Part shown: in pieces, positions 46,839 to 55,956 of the stretch
Position numbering within the stretch: position 1 is the first letter of the stretch
How the letters are laid out: every line of letters begins with the position of its first letter
Source: an uncultured Candidatus Saccharibacteria bacterium
Lineage (GTDB): Bacteria > Patescibacteriota > Minisyncoccia > Phycocordibacterales > UBA12088
Assembly (NCBI GenBank): GCA_964411375.1
Contig: CAYPKR010000003.1
Span: 7,237 to 71,236, forward strand
Length of the DNA stretch: 64,000 nt
Reading direction: 5' to 3'
Made by a program: the position numbers and the translations under genes
The notes under the pieces: model-generated
What the model was told of the DNA's origin: nothing
Seen by the model: only the letters and a program-made list of their open reading frames with translations
The model's database searches: none

Positions 46839-49052
46839 ATGGTATATTTCGCCCATATGGACACAACGCGATTCCTTCGCTACAGCATCTTCACGATGCT
46901 CTTTTGTATACCCTTTATCCCTCTTATCGTTCTTAACGGCACTTTCTTCCCATTTATCGTAGGGAAAAATTTCGCGTTCCGTATCTTTGTTGAAATCGCG
47001 CTCGGGCTATGGGTTGCGCTCATGCTCGTTGATCGCTCATACCGTCCAAAACTTTCTCCGGTCTTCTGGTCGGTCGTCGCCTTTGCGGTCGCGATTTTTG
47101 TGGCCGATCTTTTCGGAATGAATTTCTGGAAGAGTTTCTGGAGCAATTTCGAGCGCATGGAAGGGTACATCACGATACTCCATCTTTTCGCATACTTCGT
47201 CGTTGCCTCATCGGTATTTAATACCGAAAAACTCTGGCATCGATTCTTCAATACGAACCTCGCGGTGTCAGTTTTGATCTCGATCTTCGGACTCTTTCAG
47301 CTTGCTGGCTGGTTTACGATCAACCAAGGCGGTGTGCGTCTCGACGGTACGTTCGGCAACGCAACATATCTCGCGATTTATATGGTCTTCAACCTTTTTA
47401 TTGCTGCATGGCTCATGCTTTCCTACAAAGGGAAGAGTCTCAAGTGGGTGCGCGGCATTTACGGAGCAATTATTCTTCTTGAATTGGTCATTCTCTTCTA
47501 CACCGCAACGCGTGGTGCGATCCTCGGTCTCATCGGTGGTGTATTTCTATCGGCAATTCTCCTTGCGCTCACCATGCGAGGCAATCCGCATATTCGAAAA
47601 ATTTCCTACGGCACCATAATCGGACTCGTCGTTTTGGTTGGTGGCTTTATGCTCATCAAAAATACGAGCTTTGTTCAGCACAACGAAGTACTCAGTCGTC
47701 TTGCAACCATTTCGCTCGAAGGTGGTCAGACGCGTTTCGAAGTTTGGAACACCGCGTGGCAGGGAGTAAAAGAGCATCCAATTTTTGGATGGGGACAGGA
47801 AAACTTCATCTATGTTTTCAACGAGCATTACAATCCGAACATGTACGCCCAGGAAGCGTGGTTTGATCGCGTGCATGACGTCGTTCTTGATTGGCTGATT
47901 GCCGGAGGCCTTGTCGGACTCATTGCGTATCTCTCGATGTTTGGCGCAGCGCTCTTTGGGCTGTGGTTTTCGAAACGATCAAAGGATGCATTTTCGCCAC
48001 TTGAACGCAATTTGATCACCGGTCTTTTTGCAGGGTATTTCTTCCACAATATCTTCGTCTTCGACAACATCTTGAGTTATATCCTCTTCTTCTCTCTGCT
48101 CGCCTTCATTCATTATCGTCTGACGACCAAAGGTTTGGATCCTGATCTTTCCGATAAGCGTGCGAAGGGAACTGGTCTTCCAGCCCAGGTAGTATTGCCA
48201 GTCTCGCTGGTACTCACCGTGGTCATATTCTATTTCGCAAACTGGAACGGCATCATGACGAACGTAACCTTGATCAAGGCAATCTCTCCGGCAGAAGGTG
48301 GTGTCGCACAAAATCTCGAATACTTCAAAAAAGCAATTTCCTACCACGGCCTCGGTATGCAGGAAGTGAAAGAGCAGCTTTTGCAGACTGGCATTACGGT
48401 GTCGCGTGCAAACGGTGTTGATGCAAAACTCAAACAAGATTTCCTCACCTACGCAAGAACACAGATGGATGAAGAGCTGGTAAGCAATCCAAATGACGCA
48501 CGCCTCCAGGTCTTCATGGGCTCATTCCTAAGCGGTGCTGGAAGTCCTGAAGAAGCGCTTCCATATCTCCAAAAAGCAATCGAGCAATCACCATCAAAGC
48601 AGATCATTCTCTTCGAGCTCGGTCAGACACAAATTCAGCTTGGCAAGTACCAAGATGCAGTCGCGACCTTCAAAAAAGCATACGAGCTCGCGCCAGCTTT
48701 CCAACAAGCAGCGGTTAATTACGCAGCAGCGCTCATTTATGCAGGGAATCTGGATGGTGCATCGAAGATTTTGACCCCGCTTTTCGGTACGATGGCAGTC
48801 AACAACGATCAATTGCTTGCCGCATACTACGCAAGCAAGCATTACGATCTTGTTCTCCAGATTTGGCAGGCGCGTGTTGCGTCAGATCCAAACAATCTTC
48901 AATATCACGTCTCACTTGCTGCCGCATACTTAGTTTCTAATCGCCGCGCAGACGCAATTTCTGAACTTCAGAAGGCAGAAGCACTTGATGCGACATTCAA
49001 ACAGCAAGCAGATTATTACATCTCGGAAATTCGCGCCGGCAGAAACCCGTAA
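46839..49052 (+). CDS. O-antigen ligase/Wzy-like domain membrane protein with C-terminal TPR repeats
   Basis: Wzy_C-like segment (FYTATRGAILGLIGG, multiple TM) then TPR-like helical repeats (ALPYLQKAIEQSP..., AVATFKKAYELAP...). Confidence 0.7.
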   Translation: MVYFAHMDTTRFLRYSIFTMLFCIPFIPLIVLNGTFFPFIVGKNFAFRIFVEIALGLWVALMLVDRSYRPKLSPVFWSVVAFAVAIFVADLFGMNFWKSFWSNFERMEGYITILHLFAYFVVASSVFNTEKLWHRFFNTNLAVSVLISIFGLFQLAGWFTINQGGVRLDGTFGNATYLAIYMVFNLFIAAWLMLSYKGKSLKWVRGIYGAIILLELVILFYTATRGAILGLIGGVFLSAILLALTMRGNPHIRKISYGTIIGLVVLVGGFMLIKNTSFVQHNEVLSRLATISLEGGQTRFEVWNTAWQGVKEHPIFGWGQENFIYVFNEHYNPNMYAQEAWFDRVHDVVLDWLIAGGLVGLIAYLSMFGAALFGLWFSKRSKDAFSPLERNLITGLFAGYFFHNIFVFDNILSYILFFSLLAFIHYRLTTKGLDPDLSDKRAKGTGLPAQVVLPVSLVLTVVIFYFANWNGIMTNVTLIKAISPAEGGVAQNLEYFKKAISYHGLGMQEVKEQLLQTGITVSRANGVDAKLKQDFLTYARTQMDEELVSNPNDARLQVFMGSFLSGAGSPEEALPYLQKAIEQSPSKQIILFELGQTQIQLGKYQDAVATFKKAYELAPAFQQAAVNYAAALIYAGNLDGASKILTPLFGTMAVNNDQLLAAYYASKHYDLVLQIWQARVASDPNNLQYHVSLAAAYLVSNRRADAISELQKAEALDATFKQQADYYISEIRAGRNP

Positions 49053-49173
49053 AACCTTTCGAGAAAGCCCACCTCCTTCGTTACGGAGCCCTGAAAAATA
49101 CCAAGCAGTATATTTAATACAGCTTGGTATTTTTCTTTCCCGTGCCTCGGATCTGCATCTTTCTCGAAAGGTT
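49053..49173. repeat. nested palindromic element: outer 15-bp inverted repeat (aacctttcgagaaag / ctttctcgaaaggtt) enclosing inner 13-bp hairpin terminator
   Basis: seen in sequence; outer IR 49053-49067 and 49159-49173 followed by TTTTTT. Confidence 0.6.
49094..49140 (+). terminator. rho-independent terminator after ligase/TPR gene
   Basis: aaaaataccaagc-(14 nt loop)-gcttggtattttt then ctttcc. Confidence 0.65.
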
Positions 49174-49443
49174 TTTTCATCACAACACTTGCATTTTTCT
49201 GGATAGTCTGCTATATTCTTTCTTGTGAGCGCCCGCGATCTGCGAGCCCCTCCGAAGATTTACGAAAGCACCACCCCCAAAGGGGTGTTTTCGTTTATGA
49301 ACGACTCTCCAATTCTTCATTTGCTGTCCATACATCGTTGTGTACTATATATGTATTCCTCCAAGAGATGGGGGGCGGCGGCACTCACAAATAAATCTTT
49401 GGAGCTCGCACCCGCTCCCCATCTTTCGGCGGAATACTATTCC

Positions 49444-50472
49444 ATGGAGTTTTTAGAACAAGTGTCTCTTGCAAATAAAACAACGCTCCACCTTGGCGGA
49501 GCGGCTTTGTTTTTTGTAGAAGTTTCAAGTATTGAAGAGTTACGAGAAGCAATCAAAAAAGCAAAAAATGGCGGACTTCGATTTAGAGTAATCGGAGGTG
49601 GATCAAATATTCTCGTTCCAGATGAGGGTTTCGATGGGCTCATCATCAAAAACTCGATACCAGGCATCCAATATGAGGAGATGGGGGAGAAAATACATGC
49701 AACGGTTGGTGCAGGAGAGGTGTGGGATCAATTTGTCGAAGACACCACTATGCGTGGATTCTATGGACTTGAAAACCTTTCAGGAATCCCGGGAACAGTT
49801 GGCGGAACGCCTATTCAAAATGTCGGTGCGTACGGAGTCGAAGTTGCCAATCTAATTGAATGGGTTGAAGTATATGATGCAAATACTGATTCAGTGCGTA
49901 AAATGTCGAATGACAAGTGTGCCTTTGGATATCGCGACAGTATTTTTAAAGGGCACGAAGAAGGAAAAGGTTTGTGCGTGACACGAGTACAATTTGTTCT
50001 TAGTAAAAATAAAATATTGTCACTTGAATACAAAGATATTCAAGCGGCACTTCAAGAGCAGGGAATTATCGATCCAACACTCAAGGATATTCGAAAAATA
50101 ATTCTTGCTATTCGAAGCAGAAAATTTCCTAATCTCAAGGAATTCGGCACCGCAGGATCATTCTTCAAAAATCCATTTATTACTAAGGAACAACTCTCTC
50201 TGGTGCAGGAATTCTATCCAGATATTCCAACGTACCCAGGACCCGATTCTCTCATAAAAATACCGATTGCGTATGTGCTTGAGCGCTTACCTGAAGGGTA
50301 TAAAGGAAAACGATTTGGGAATGTTGGTCTCTATAAAAATCATTCGCTGGTTGTTATTAACTATGGAGATGCAACCGGAGATGAAACACTTTCATTCGCA
50401 CAAAAAATAATTAGTGAAGTGAAAGAAAAAATTCAAATTGAAATGGAAATGGAAGTACAAATACTAAAATAA
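49444..50472 (+). CDS. murB: UDP-N-acetylenolpyruvoylglucosamine reductase
   Basis: FAD-binding NTLHLGGAA...VIGGGSNIL motifs, C-terminal MurB domain; ATG 49444 chosen (upstream part of six-frame ORF is non-homologous). Confidence 0.8.
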   Translation: MEFLEQVSLANKTTLHLGGAALFFVEVSSIEELREAIKKAKNGGLRFRVIGGGSNILVPDEGFDGLIIKNSIPGIQYEEMGEKIHATVGAGEVWDQFVEDTTMRGFYGLENLSGIPGTVGGTPIQNVGAYGVEVANLIEWVEVYDANTDSVRKMSNDKCAFGYRDSIFKGHEEGKGLCVTRVQFVLSKNKILSLEYKDIQAALQEQGIIDPTLKDIRKIILAIRSRKFPNLKEFGTAGSFFKNPFITKEQLSLVQEFYPDIPTYPGPDSLIKIPIAYVLERLPEGYKGKRFGNVGLYKNHSLVVINYGDATGDETLSFAQKIISEVKEKIQIEMEMEVQILK

Positions 50473-50665
50473 AAATAAAAAAATATTTTTCAAAAATAAA
50501 AAAATAAAAAGTTATCCACATATATTTTTAAAAATGATTGTATATACATCATTCATTCGCAATAATAGTGATACAGCGTTAGTCATCTTGCATAAAAAAT
50601 ATTTCGCAAAAATATTTGGTCGAAGATGAAACTACACGCCCATACTAATTAAAACAAAATCTATC

Positions 50666-50728
50666 ATGGCAAAGAAAAAGAAGGCTGCAAAGAAGACCAA
50701 GAAGAAGGCTTCGAAGAAGAAGCGATAA
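50666..50728 (+). CDS. putative micro-ORF encoding 20-aa Lys-rich peptide MAKKKKAAKKTKKKASKKKR
   Basis: ATG...TAA seen in sequence; preceded by about 190 bp of >75% AT promoter-like DNA; stop codon 22 nt upstream of a strong intrinsic terminator; too short for ORF track. Confidence 0.3.
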   Translation: MAKKKKAAKKTKKKASKKKR

Positions 50729-50750
50729 TCTCTCTATCGCATCTCCCACA

Positions 50751-50786
50751 ACAAGGGCTCCCACTGGAGCCCTTGTTTCTTTTTTC
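50751..50786 (+). terminator. strong rho-independent terminator
   Basis: acaagggctcc-cact-ggagcccttgt followed by ttcttttttc. Confidence 0.85.
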
Positions 50787-50909
50787 ATAACTAATATAAA
50801 AAAGCCATCTACTTTGTTGCGGGTCTCGAAAAAATCCTTCGCCGTATTGTCATACGTCTACGGATTTTTTCTCCCTGCGCCTCGTATCTGATCTTTTTAT
50901 ATTAGTTAT
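50787..50909. repeat. nested palindromic element upstream of secA: outer 16-bp perfect IR (ataactaatataaaaa / tttttatattagttat) enclosing inner 10-bp IR (gaaaaaatcc / ggattttttc)
   Basis: seen in sequence; architecture resembles element at 49053-49173 but sequences unrelated. Confidence 0.6.
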
Positions 50910-50955
50910 GAATACTCTCGAATAGCTCCTGTTTTTGTGTTATCCTGCGGTACGT

Positions 50956-53487
50956 ATGTCATTTCTAAAGTCACTATTAGGGGGCGACGAAAACGGCAAG
51001 GCGCTTAGGAAAATGGCGCCTATTGTGGCTGAGATAAATGCTTTTGAGGCTAAAATCCAACCCCTAACAGATGAGGAGCTCAAAGGAAAAACTGCTGAAT
51101 TTAGGGCGCGTCTCGAGAAGGGCGAAACCCTCGATCAGATCCTTCCCGAAGCCTTTGCAGTCGTTCGCGAGGCTTCTCGTCGCGTATCGGGTCAGCGCCA
51201 TTACGATGTTCAGCTCATGGGCGGTCTCGCTCTCCATCAAGGCAATATTTCTGAAATGCGCACTGGAGAAGGAAAGACCTTGGTCGCAACGCTTCCTGCA
51301 TATTTGAATGCACTGACGGGGAAGGGAGTGCATGTCGTCACCGTCAACGATTACCTCTCTCGCCGCGACGGCGTATGGATGGGGCAAGTATATTCGGCGC
51401 TCGGTCTTTCCCTTGGCGTTATCACAAGTGACGCATCATATATATATGATGGTTCGCACAAAGAAGTTGAAGTGGAGGATACAGAACGCGATGAGCTCGG
51501 TTCGTTCAAAGTTTTTTACGATTTTCTCCGTCCATCAACGCGCCAAGATTCATACAATGCCGACATTACGTACGGTACCTCGAATGAATTTGGATTTGAT
51601 TATCTTCGCGACAATATTGCGTATGAAAAACGTGATCTTCGTCAACGCGGATTCCACTATGCAATCGTTGACGAAGTCGACTCGATTTTGATCGACGAAG
51701 CGCGCACCCCGCTCATCATTTCGGCTCCCGCGGCACAATCTGAATCTCTCTACGCAACGTTTGCAAAAATTGCCGCAACGTTAAACGTCGGCGAGGATTT
51801 TGAACTTGAAGAAAAGCATCGACAGATTTTGATGAAAGATTCTGGTATCGAAAAAGCAGAAAAGATGCTCGGCATGGGAAATATTTATACTGACGGCGGT
51901 ATCAAATATGTGCATCACCTCGAAACTGCTGTTCGTGCGAAGGCACTCTTTAACAAAGACAAAGAATACGTCGTGAAGGACGGACAGATCGTCATTGTCG
52001 ATGAATTCACCGGTCGTCTTCAGCCAGGACGACGTTGGTCAGAGGGGCTCCATCAAGCAGTCGAAGCAAAGGAAGGCGTGCCGGTACAAAACGAAACACG
52101 TACATTCGCGTCGGTGACATTCCAAAATTATTTCCGCATGTATGCGAAACTCTCTGGAATGACGGGAACTGCCGTAACTTCCGCCGAAGAATTCCGTACG
52201 GTCTACAATCTCGATACGATAATCATTCCAACCAACAAGCCGATCGCGCGCAAAGACAATGATGATCTTATTTTCCGAACCGAAAAAGGAAAGTTCACCG
52301 CAATCGCCAGAAAGGTAAAAGAACTCACCGAAAAGGGAACGCCGGTTCTCATCGGTACGGTTTCGATTGAGAAAAACGAACTTCTGGCAGAATATCTCTC
52401 AAAGGAAGGTGTAGCGCATGAAATGTTGAATGCAAAAAATCACGAGCGTGAAGGAGAAATCATTGCACAGGCAGGTCATCAAAAGCGCGTAACGATTGCA
52501 ACCAACATGGCGGGTCGCGGCGTCGATATTAAACTTGGAGGAAATCCCGCAACGCTTGAACAATATGACGCAGTCAAAAACCTTGGCGGACTCTTTGTCC
52601 TCGGTACCGAGCGCCACGAAGCACGTCGCATCGACAACCAGCTTCGTGGTCGTGCCGGACGTCAGGGCGATCCGGGTGAGACGCAATTTTTCGTCTCTCT
52701 CGAAGACTCTCTTATGCGTGTCTTTGCATCGGACACAATAAAAGGAATGATGGAGCGTTTGAACATTCCGGAAGACGAGCCAATTCAAAACAAGCTCATC
52801 ACGCGTTCGCTTGAATCTGCACAAACCAAGATCGAAGGATTCCATTTCGATTCTCGTAAACAAGTGCTCGCATACGACAATGTGCTAAACACCCAGCGCC
52901 ACTCGCTCTACGCAACTCGCTCGAGAATACTTCTTGGCGAACAATCCGACATTGAAGAATATCTAAATGAACAGGTTGCGGGCGATGCCGAAGCAATGAA
53001 AATCATTGGATCAAAGAAAGCAGAGCTTGGAGAAGAAGCGTTTATTGAAAGTTTCCGCCGACTCGCACTCCAAACGATCGACATGTTCTGGATGGATCAT
53101 TTGGAAGCGATGGACTATCTTCGCTCGAGCGTCAATCTTCGCGCCTATGGTCAGCGCGATCCGCTTGTTGAATATCGCAAAGAAGGTCTCCTGCAGTTTC
53201 GTCAGCTTGAGGAATCAATTAGTGCAAATCTCATTCGTCTCCTTCCATCAATCGGTGGAAGCGCAATAGTTACAGAAGAAAAGAAGATGCAGAACGTACA
53301 GAAGAGCGCAGTACTTCTTGGCGGCAGTCAGAGTGCATCAAATGCAAAGAGTGTGAACGGGGGAGTGAAGTCTTCTAAAATTGGCCGCAATGACATGGTC
53401 ACGATCACGGATGGTACTAAGACCGAAACAATGAAATACAAAAAAGCGGAACCCTTGATTGAAAGCGGCGTTTGGAAGATTGTATAA
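50956..53487 (+). CDS. secA: preprotein translocase ATPase SecA
   Basis: DEAD-like motor motifs (MRTGEGKTLVATLPAYLNAL, VDEVDSILIDEARTPLIIS, MAGRGVDIKLGG); ATG 50956 (MSFLKSLLGG) preferred over TTG 50935. Confidence 0.9.
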   Translation: MSFLKSLLGGDENGKALRKMAPIVAEINAFEAKIQPLTDEELKGKTAEFRARLEKGETLDQILPEAFAVVREASRRVSGQRHYDVQLMGGLALHQGNISEMRTGEGKTLVATLPAYLNALTGKGVHVVTVNDYLSRRDGVWMGQVYSALGLSLGVITSDASYIYDGSHKEVEVEDTERDELGSFKVFYDFLRPSTRQDSYNADITYGTSNEFGFDYLRDNIAYEKRDLRQRGFHYAIVDEVDSILIDEARTPLIISAPAAQSESLYATFAKIAATLNVGEDFELEEKHRQILMKDSGIEKAEKMLGMGNIYTDGGIKYVHHLETAVRAKALFNKDKEYVVKDGQIVIVDEFTGRLQPGRRWSEGLHQAVEAKEGVPVQNETRTFASVTFQNYFRMYAKLSGMTGTAVTSAEEFRTVYNLDTIIIPTNKPIARKDNDDLIFRTEKGKFTAIARKVKELTEKGTPVLIGTVSIEKNELLAEYLSKEGVAHEMLNAKNHEREGEIIAQAGHQKRVTIATNMAGRGVDIKLGGNPATLEQYDAVKNLGGLFVLGTERHEARRIDNQLRGRAGRQGDPGETQFFVSLEDSLMRVFASDTIKGMMERLNIPEDEPIQNKLITRSLESAQTKIEGFHFDSRKQVLAYDNVLNTQRHSLYATRSRILLGEQSDIEEYLNEQVAGDAEAMKIIGSKKAELGEEAFIESFRRLALQTIDMFWMDHLEAMDYLRSSVNLRAYGQRDPLVEYRKEGLLQFRQLEESISANLIRLLPSIGGSAIVTEEKKMQNVQKSAVLLGGSQSASNAKSVNGGVKSSKIGRNDMVTITDGTKTETMKYKKAEPLIESGVWKIV

Positions 53488-53488
53488 T
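53481..53488 (+). promoter_or_regulatory. extended -10 promoter element TGTATAAT 8 bp upstream of ATG 53497 (inside secA 3' end)
   Basis: tgtataattacgtcATATG seen in sequence; implies leaderless transcript. Confidence 0.4.
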
Positions 53489-53496
53489 TACGTCAT

Positions 53497-53841
53497 ATGA
53501 AAATTCTCGCAAAATTACTCGTATCCATACTCGCTATTCTCCTCGCGTCTAAGTACGTGCCTGGGATTCATGTCGAAAGCATCTACACCGCGATCATCGT
53601 GGCACTTGTGCTCGGACTTTTGAATCTCACGGTGAAGCCGATTCTTTTTGTCCTTACACTTCCAATCACAATCCTCACGTTTGGACTATTTGCGTTTGTT
53701 TTAAACGCGCTCATGCTCTGGTTTGTCGGCTCTTTTGTAGAAGGCTTTGCAGTCGACGGATTTATTCCGGCTTTGATCGCGTCTCTCTTCATTTCGGTCG
53801 TTTCGTGGTTCGGAAACCATCTCCTTAAAGACGCAAAGTAA
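53497..53841 (+). CDS. DUF360/phage-holin_4-like small membrane protein (YvlD-like)
   Basis: 114 aa, 3-4 TM, ILFVLTLPITILTFGLFAFVLNALML pattern typical of this family. Confidence 0.6.
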   Translation: MKILAKLLVSILAILLASKYVPGIHVESIYTAIIVALVLGLLNLTVKPILFVLTLPITILTFGLFAFVLNALMLWFVGSFVEGFAVDGFIPALIASLFISVVSWFGNHLLKDAK

Positions 53842-53897
53842 TCGGGGATTCAAAATCCTTGCCGATTCACCAACCCTAGCGTAGGCTCATACTACAT

Positions 53898-54869
53898 ATG
53901 GCATTTGTCGACGAAATACGAATACACGCAAAGGCAGGTGACGGCGGAAACGGCGTCGAGCGTTGGCGTCATGAAAAATTCCACGAATATGGGGGACCGT
54001 CTGGCGGTAACGGTGGACAGGGCGGCGACATATATATGACAGCGACCCGCGATCGCGGTGTCCTCTCCGACTACCGGCACGATCCGGAATTTTTTGCTGA
54101 AAAGGGAGAGCCCGGAGGTGGCCGAAGCATGCACGGCGCAAACGGGGCGGATACAACAATCAAGATTCCTGTCGGCTCCATAATCACCAATGTCGAAACA
54201 GGTAAGTCATTCGAACTTTTAACTGAAGGCGAAACCGTAAAGGTTTTAACCGGTGGTCGTGGAGGTCTGGGCAATGAGCATTTCAAAAGCTCTATCAATC
54301 GCGCACCAAAAGAAACAACCGACGGTAAGCCGGGTGAAGAAGCGCATTTTGATATTGAACTTCGCCTTATCGCAGATCTCGGGTTCATCGGACTGCCGAA
54401 TGCAGGGAAGACCAGTCTTTTAAACGCACTCACTCGCTCACAGGCAAAAACGGGAAACTACGCCTTCACGACGCTTGAGCCAAATCTCGGCGACATGATG
54501 GGCTATATTCTTGCTGATATTCCGGGACTCATTGAAGGCGCATCCGAAGGGAAGGGGCTGGGACACAAATTCCTCAGGCACGTAGCACGCACGAGACTGT
54601 TGGTACACTGCGTCTCGCTCGAAAGCGAAGATCCGCTTAGAGACTACGAAACCGTCCGTGCTGAGCTTGGTGCATTTGATAAGTCACTTCTAGAAAAGAA
54701 GGAAATCATCGCGCTCACCAAATCGGACATGGTCACACAAGAGACAATCAAAAAAGTAATCAAAGACTTTGAAAAGCTCGCCGAGAAGGTAACGCCAATT
54801 ACCATCCTCGACGACTCAGTTATGAAAACCTTCCGCGAAACGCTGATGAAGTTTTTGGAAGAAAAATAA
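53898..54869 (+). CDS. obg: GTPase Obg/CgtA
   Basis: Obg fold N-terminus (FVDEIRIHAKAGDGGNG...GGNGGQGGDIY), G-domain motifs GLPNAGKTSLL, DIPGLIEGA, TKSD. Confidence 0.9.
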   Translation: MAFVDEIRIHAKAGDGGNGVERWRHEKFHEYGGPSGGNGGQGGDIYMTATRDRGVLSDYRHDPEFFAEKGEPGGGRSMHGANGADTTIKIPVGSIITNVETGKSFELLTEGETVKVLTGGRGGLGNEHFKSSINRAPKETTDGKPGEEAHFDIELRLIADLGFIGLPNAGKTSLLNALTRSQAKTGNYAFTTLEPNLGDMMGYILADIPGLIEGASEGKGLGHKFLRHVARTRLLVHCVSLESEDPLRDYETVRAELGAFDKSLLEKKEIIALTKSDMVTQETIKKVIKDFEKLAEKVTPITILDDSVMKTFRETLMKFLEEK

Positions 54870-54871
54870 CC

Positions 54872-55339
54872 ATGACCCACATCCATGAAAAGATTGATTT
54901 TACGGCAAGTGTGTATATCGTGCATGAGAACAAAGTACTTCTCCATTTACATCAAAAGACCAATCTCTGGCTTCCGCCAGGCGGCCATGTCGAGCTCGAC
55001 GAAGATCCGAATGAAACCGCGATCCGTGAAGCAAAAGAAGAATGCGGACTCGACATTAATCTTATAGGCAATCCGGTAGGATCGGGAGGAGTCACGGGAA
55101 ACTCACGCGAACTTATCCCACCAAAATTTTTGAACCGCCATTTCTTTATTGGTGGAAGCGGACATGAACATATTGATCATGTGTATTTTGGAGAGGTGAG
55201 TGGTGGAATACTTACACCTGAAAATGTAGATGAAGATTGGCGATGGGTAAGTAGGGAAGAGATCGAGTCCGACACAATCCCACTAAAAGCAGATATCCGC
55301 GCGTACGCACTCGCGGCACTCCGAGAACTTTCAAAATAA
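54872..55339 (+). CDS. NUDIX hydrolase
   Basis: canonical Nudix box GGHVELDEDPNETAIREAKEECGL. Confidence 0.85.
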   Translation: MTHIHEKIDFTASVYIVHENKVLLHLHQKTNLWLPPGGHVELDEDPNETAIREAKEECGLDINLIGNPVGSGGVTGNSRELIPPKFLNRHFFIGGSGHEHIDHVYFGEVSGGILTPENVDEDWRWVSREEIESDTIPLKADIRAYALAALRELSK

Positions 55340-55344
55340 AACTA

Positions 55345-55373
55345 TCGCCTTGCCGAGAATCTCGGCAAGGCGA
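55345..55373. terminator. bidirectional terminator hairpin between convergent genes
   Basis: tcgccttgccgag-aat-ctcggcaaggcga 13-bp stem. Confidence 0.6.
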
Positions 55374-55379
55374 CTTCGT

Positions 55380-55871
55380 TTAGCGGTGCCACGGTTGTCG
55401 GGCACGAATATCGATTTCTTCGTTTCGACGCCCCTGTTTCAGTATCTGGATTATTCTGTAGATACATTCAAACAGAAACATCACTAGAGTTCCGAGCGTA
55501 AGCCCTATATTTGTCCAGGCGTCAGTAACTTCCGCTACATAATTGCTGTCATCAGAGAGTCCGCCGATTGAATACAGCGACCAGTAGTCCAATATGAATC
55601 TGGTCAACAAACTAGTTGCAGCAAGACACATGACCCCGAGAACCACCACATCCCATTTTCTTGGGATAGAAGGGTACATGATTTTTCCAATTACCATGTA
55701 CATTACTACCGATCCGCCAACGGTGCCCGCTAAAAGGTGCATGAATATCTGGTACTCGAGCCACCATGGCTTGGGGGTGAGAAGGTAGGCTATTCCGCCG
55801 ATTGCGAAACTGCATAAGCAGGGAACAAAAAATTGCCACAACCTCTGCTTGATCATCAGGTCAGTCTCCAC
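55380..55871 (-). CDS. hypothetical polytopic small membrane protein (163 aa)
   Basis: 4 hydrophobic helices; no recognisable domain. Confidence 0.5.
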   Translation of the reverse strand: METDLMIKQRLWQFFVPCLCSFAIGGIAYLLTPKPWWLEYQIFMHLLAGTVGGSVVMYMVIGKIMYPSIPRKWDVVVLGVMCLAATSLLTRFILDYWSLYSIGGLSDDSNYVAEVTDAWTNIGLTLGTLVMFLFECIYRIIQILKQGRRNEEIDIRARQPWHR

Positions 55872-55956
55872 TGTGTTGCGCTTCCGTCACTATAAAGTAG
55901 AAAAGTCTACTGTCAATTTTTGAGCCTTCAGGGATAATCTGTTAGGATAGCGGGAC

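Noticed and set aside
50935-50955. TTG start for secA given by ORF track (MCYPAVRM...)
   Set aside because: ATG at 50956 gives MSFLKSLLGG, which matches the conserved SecA N-terminus. The upstream extension overlaps the palindromic element.
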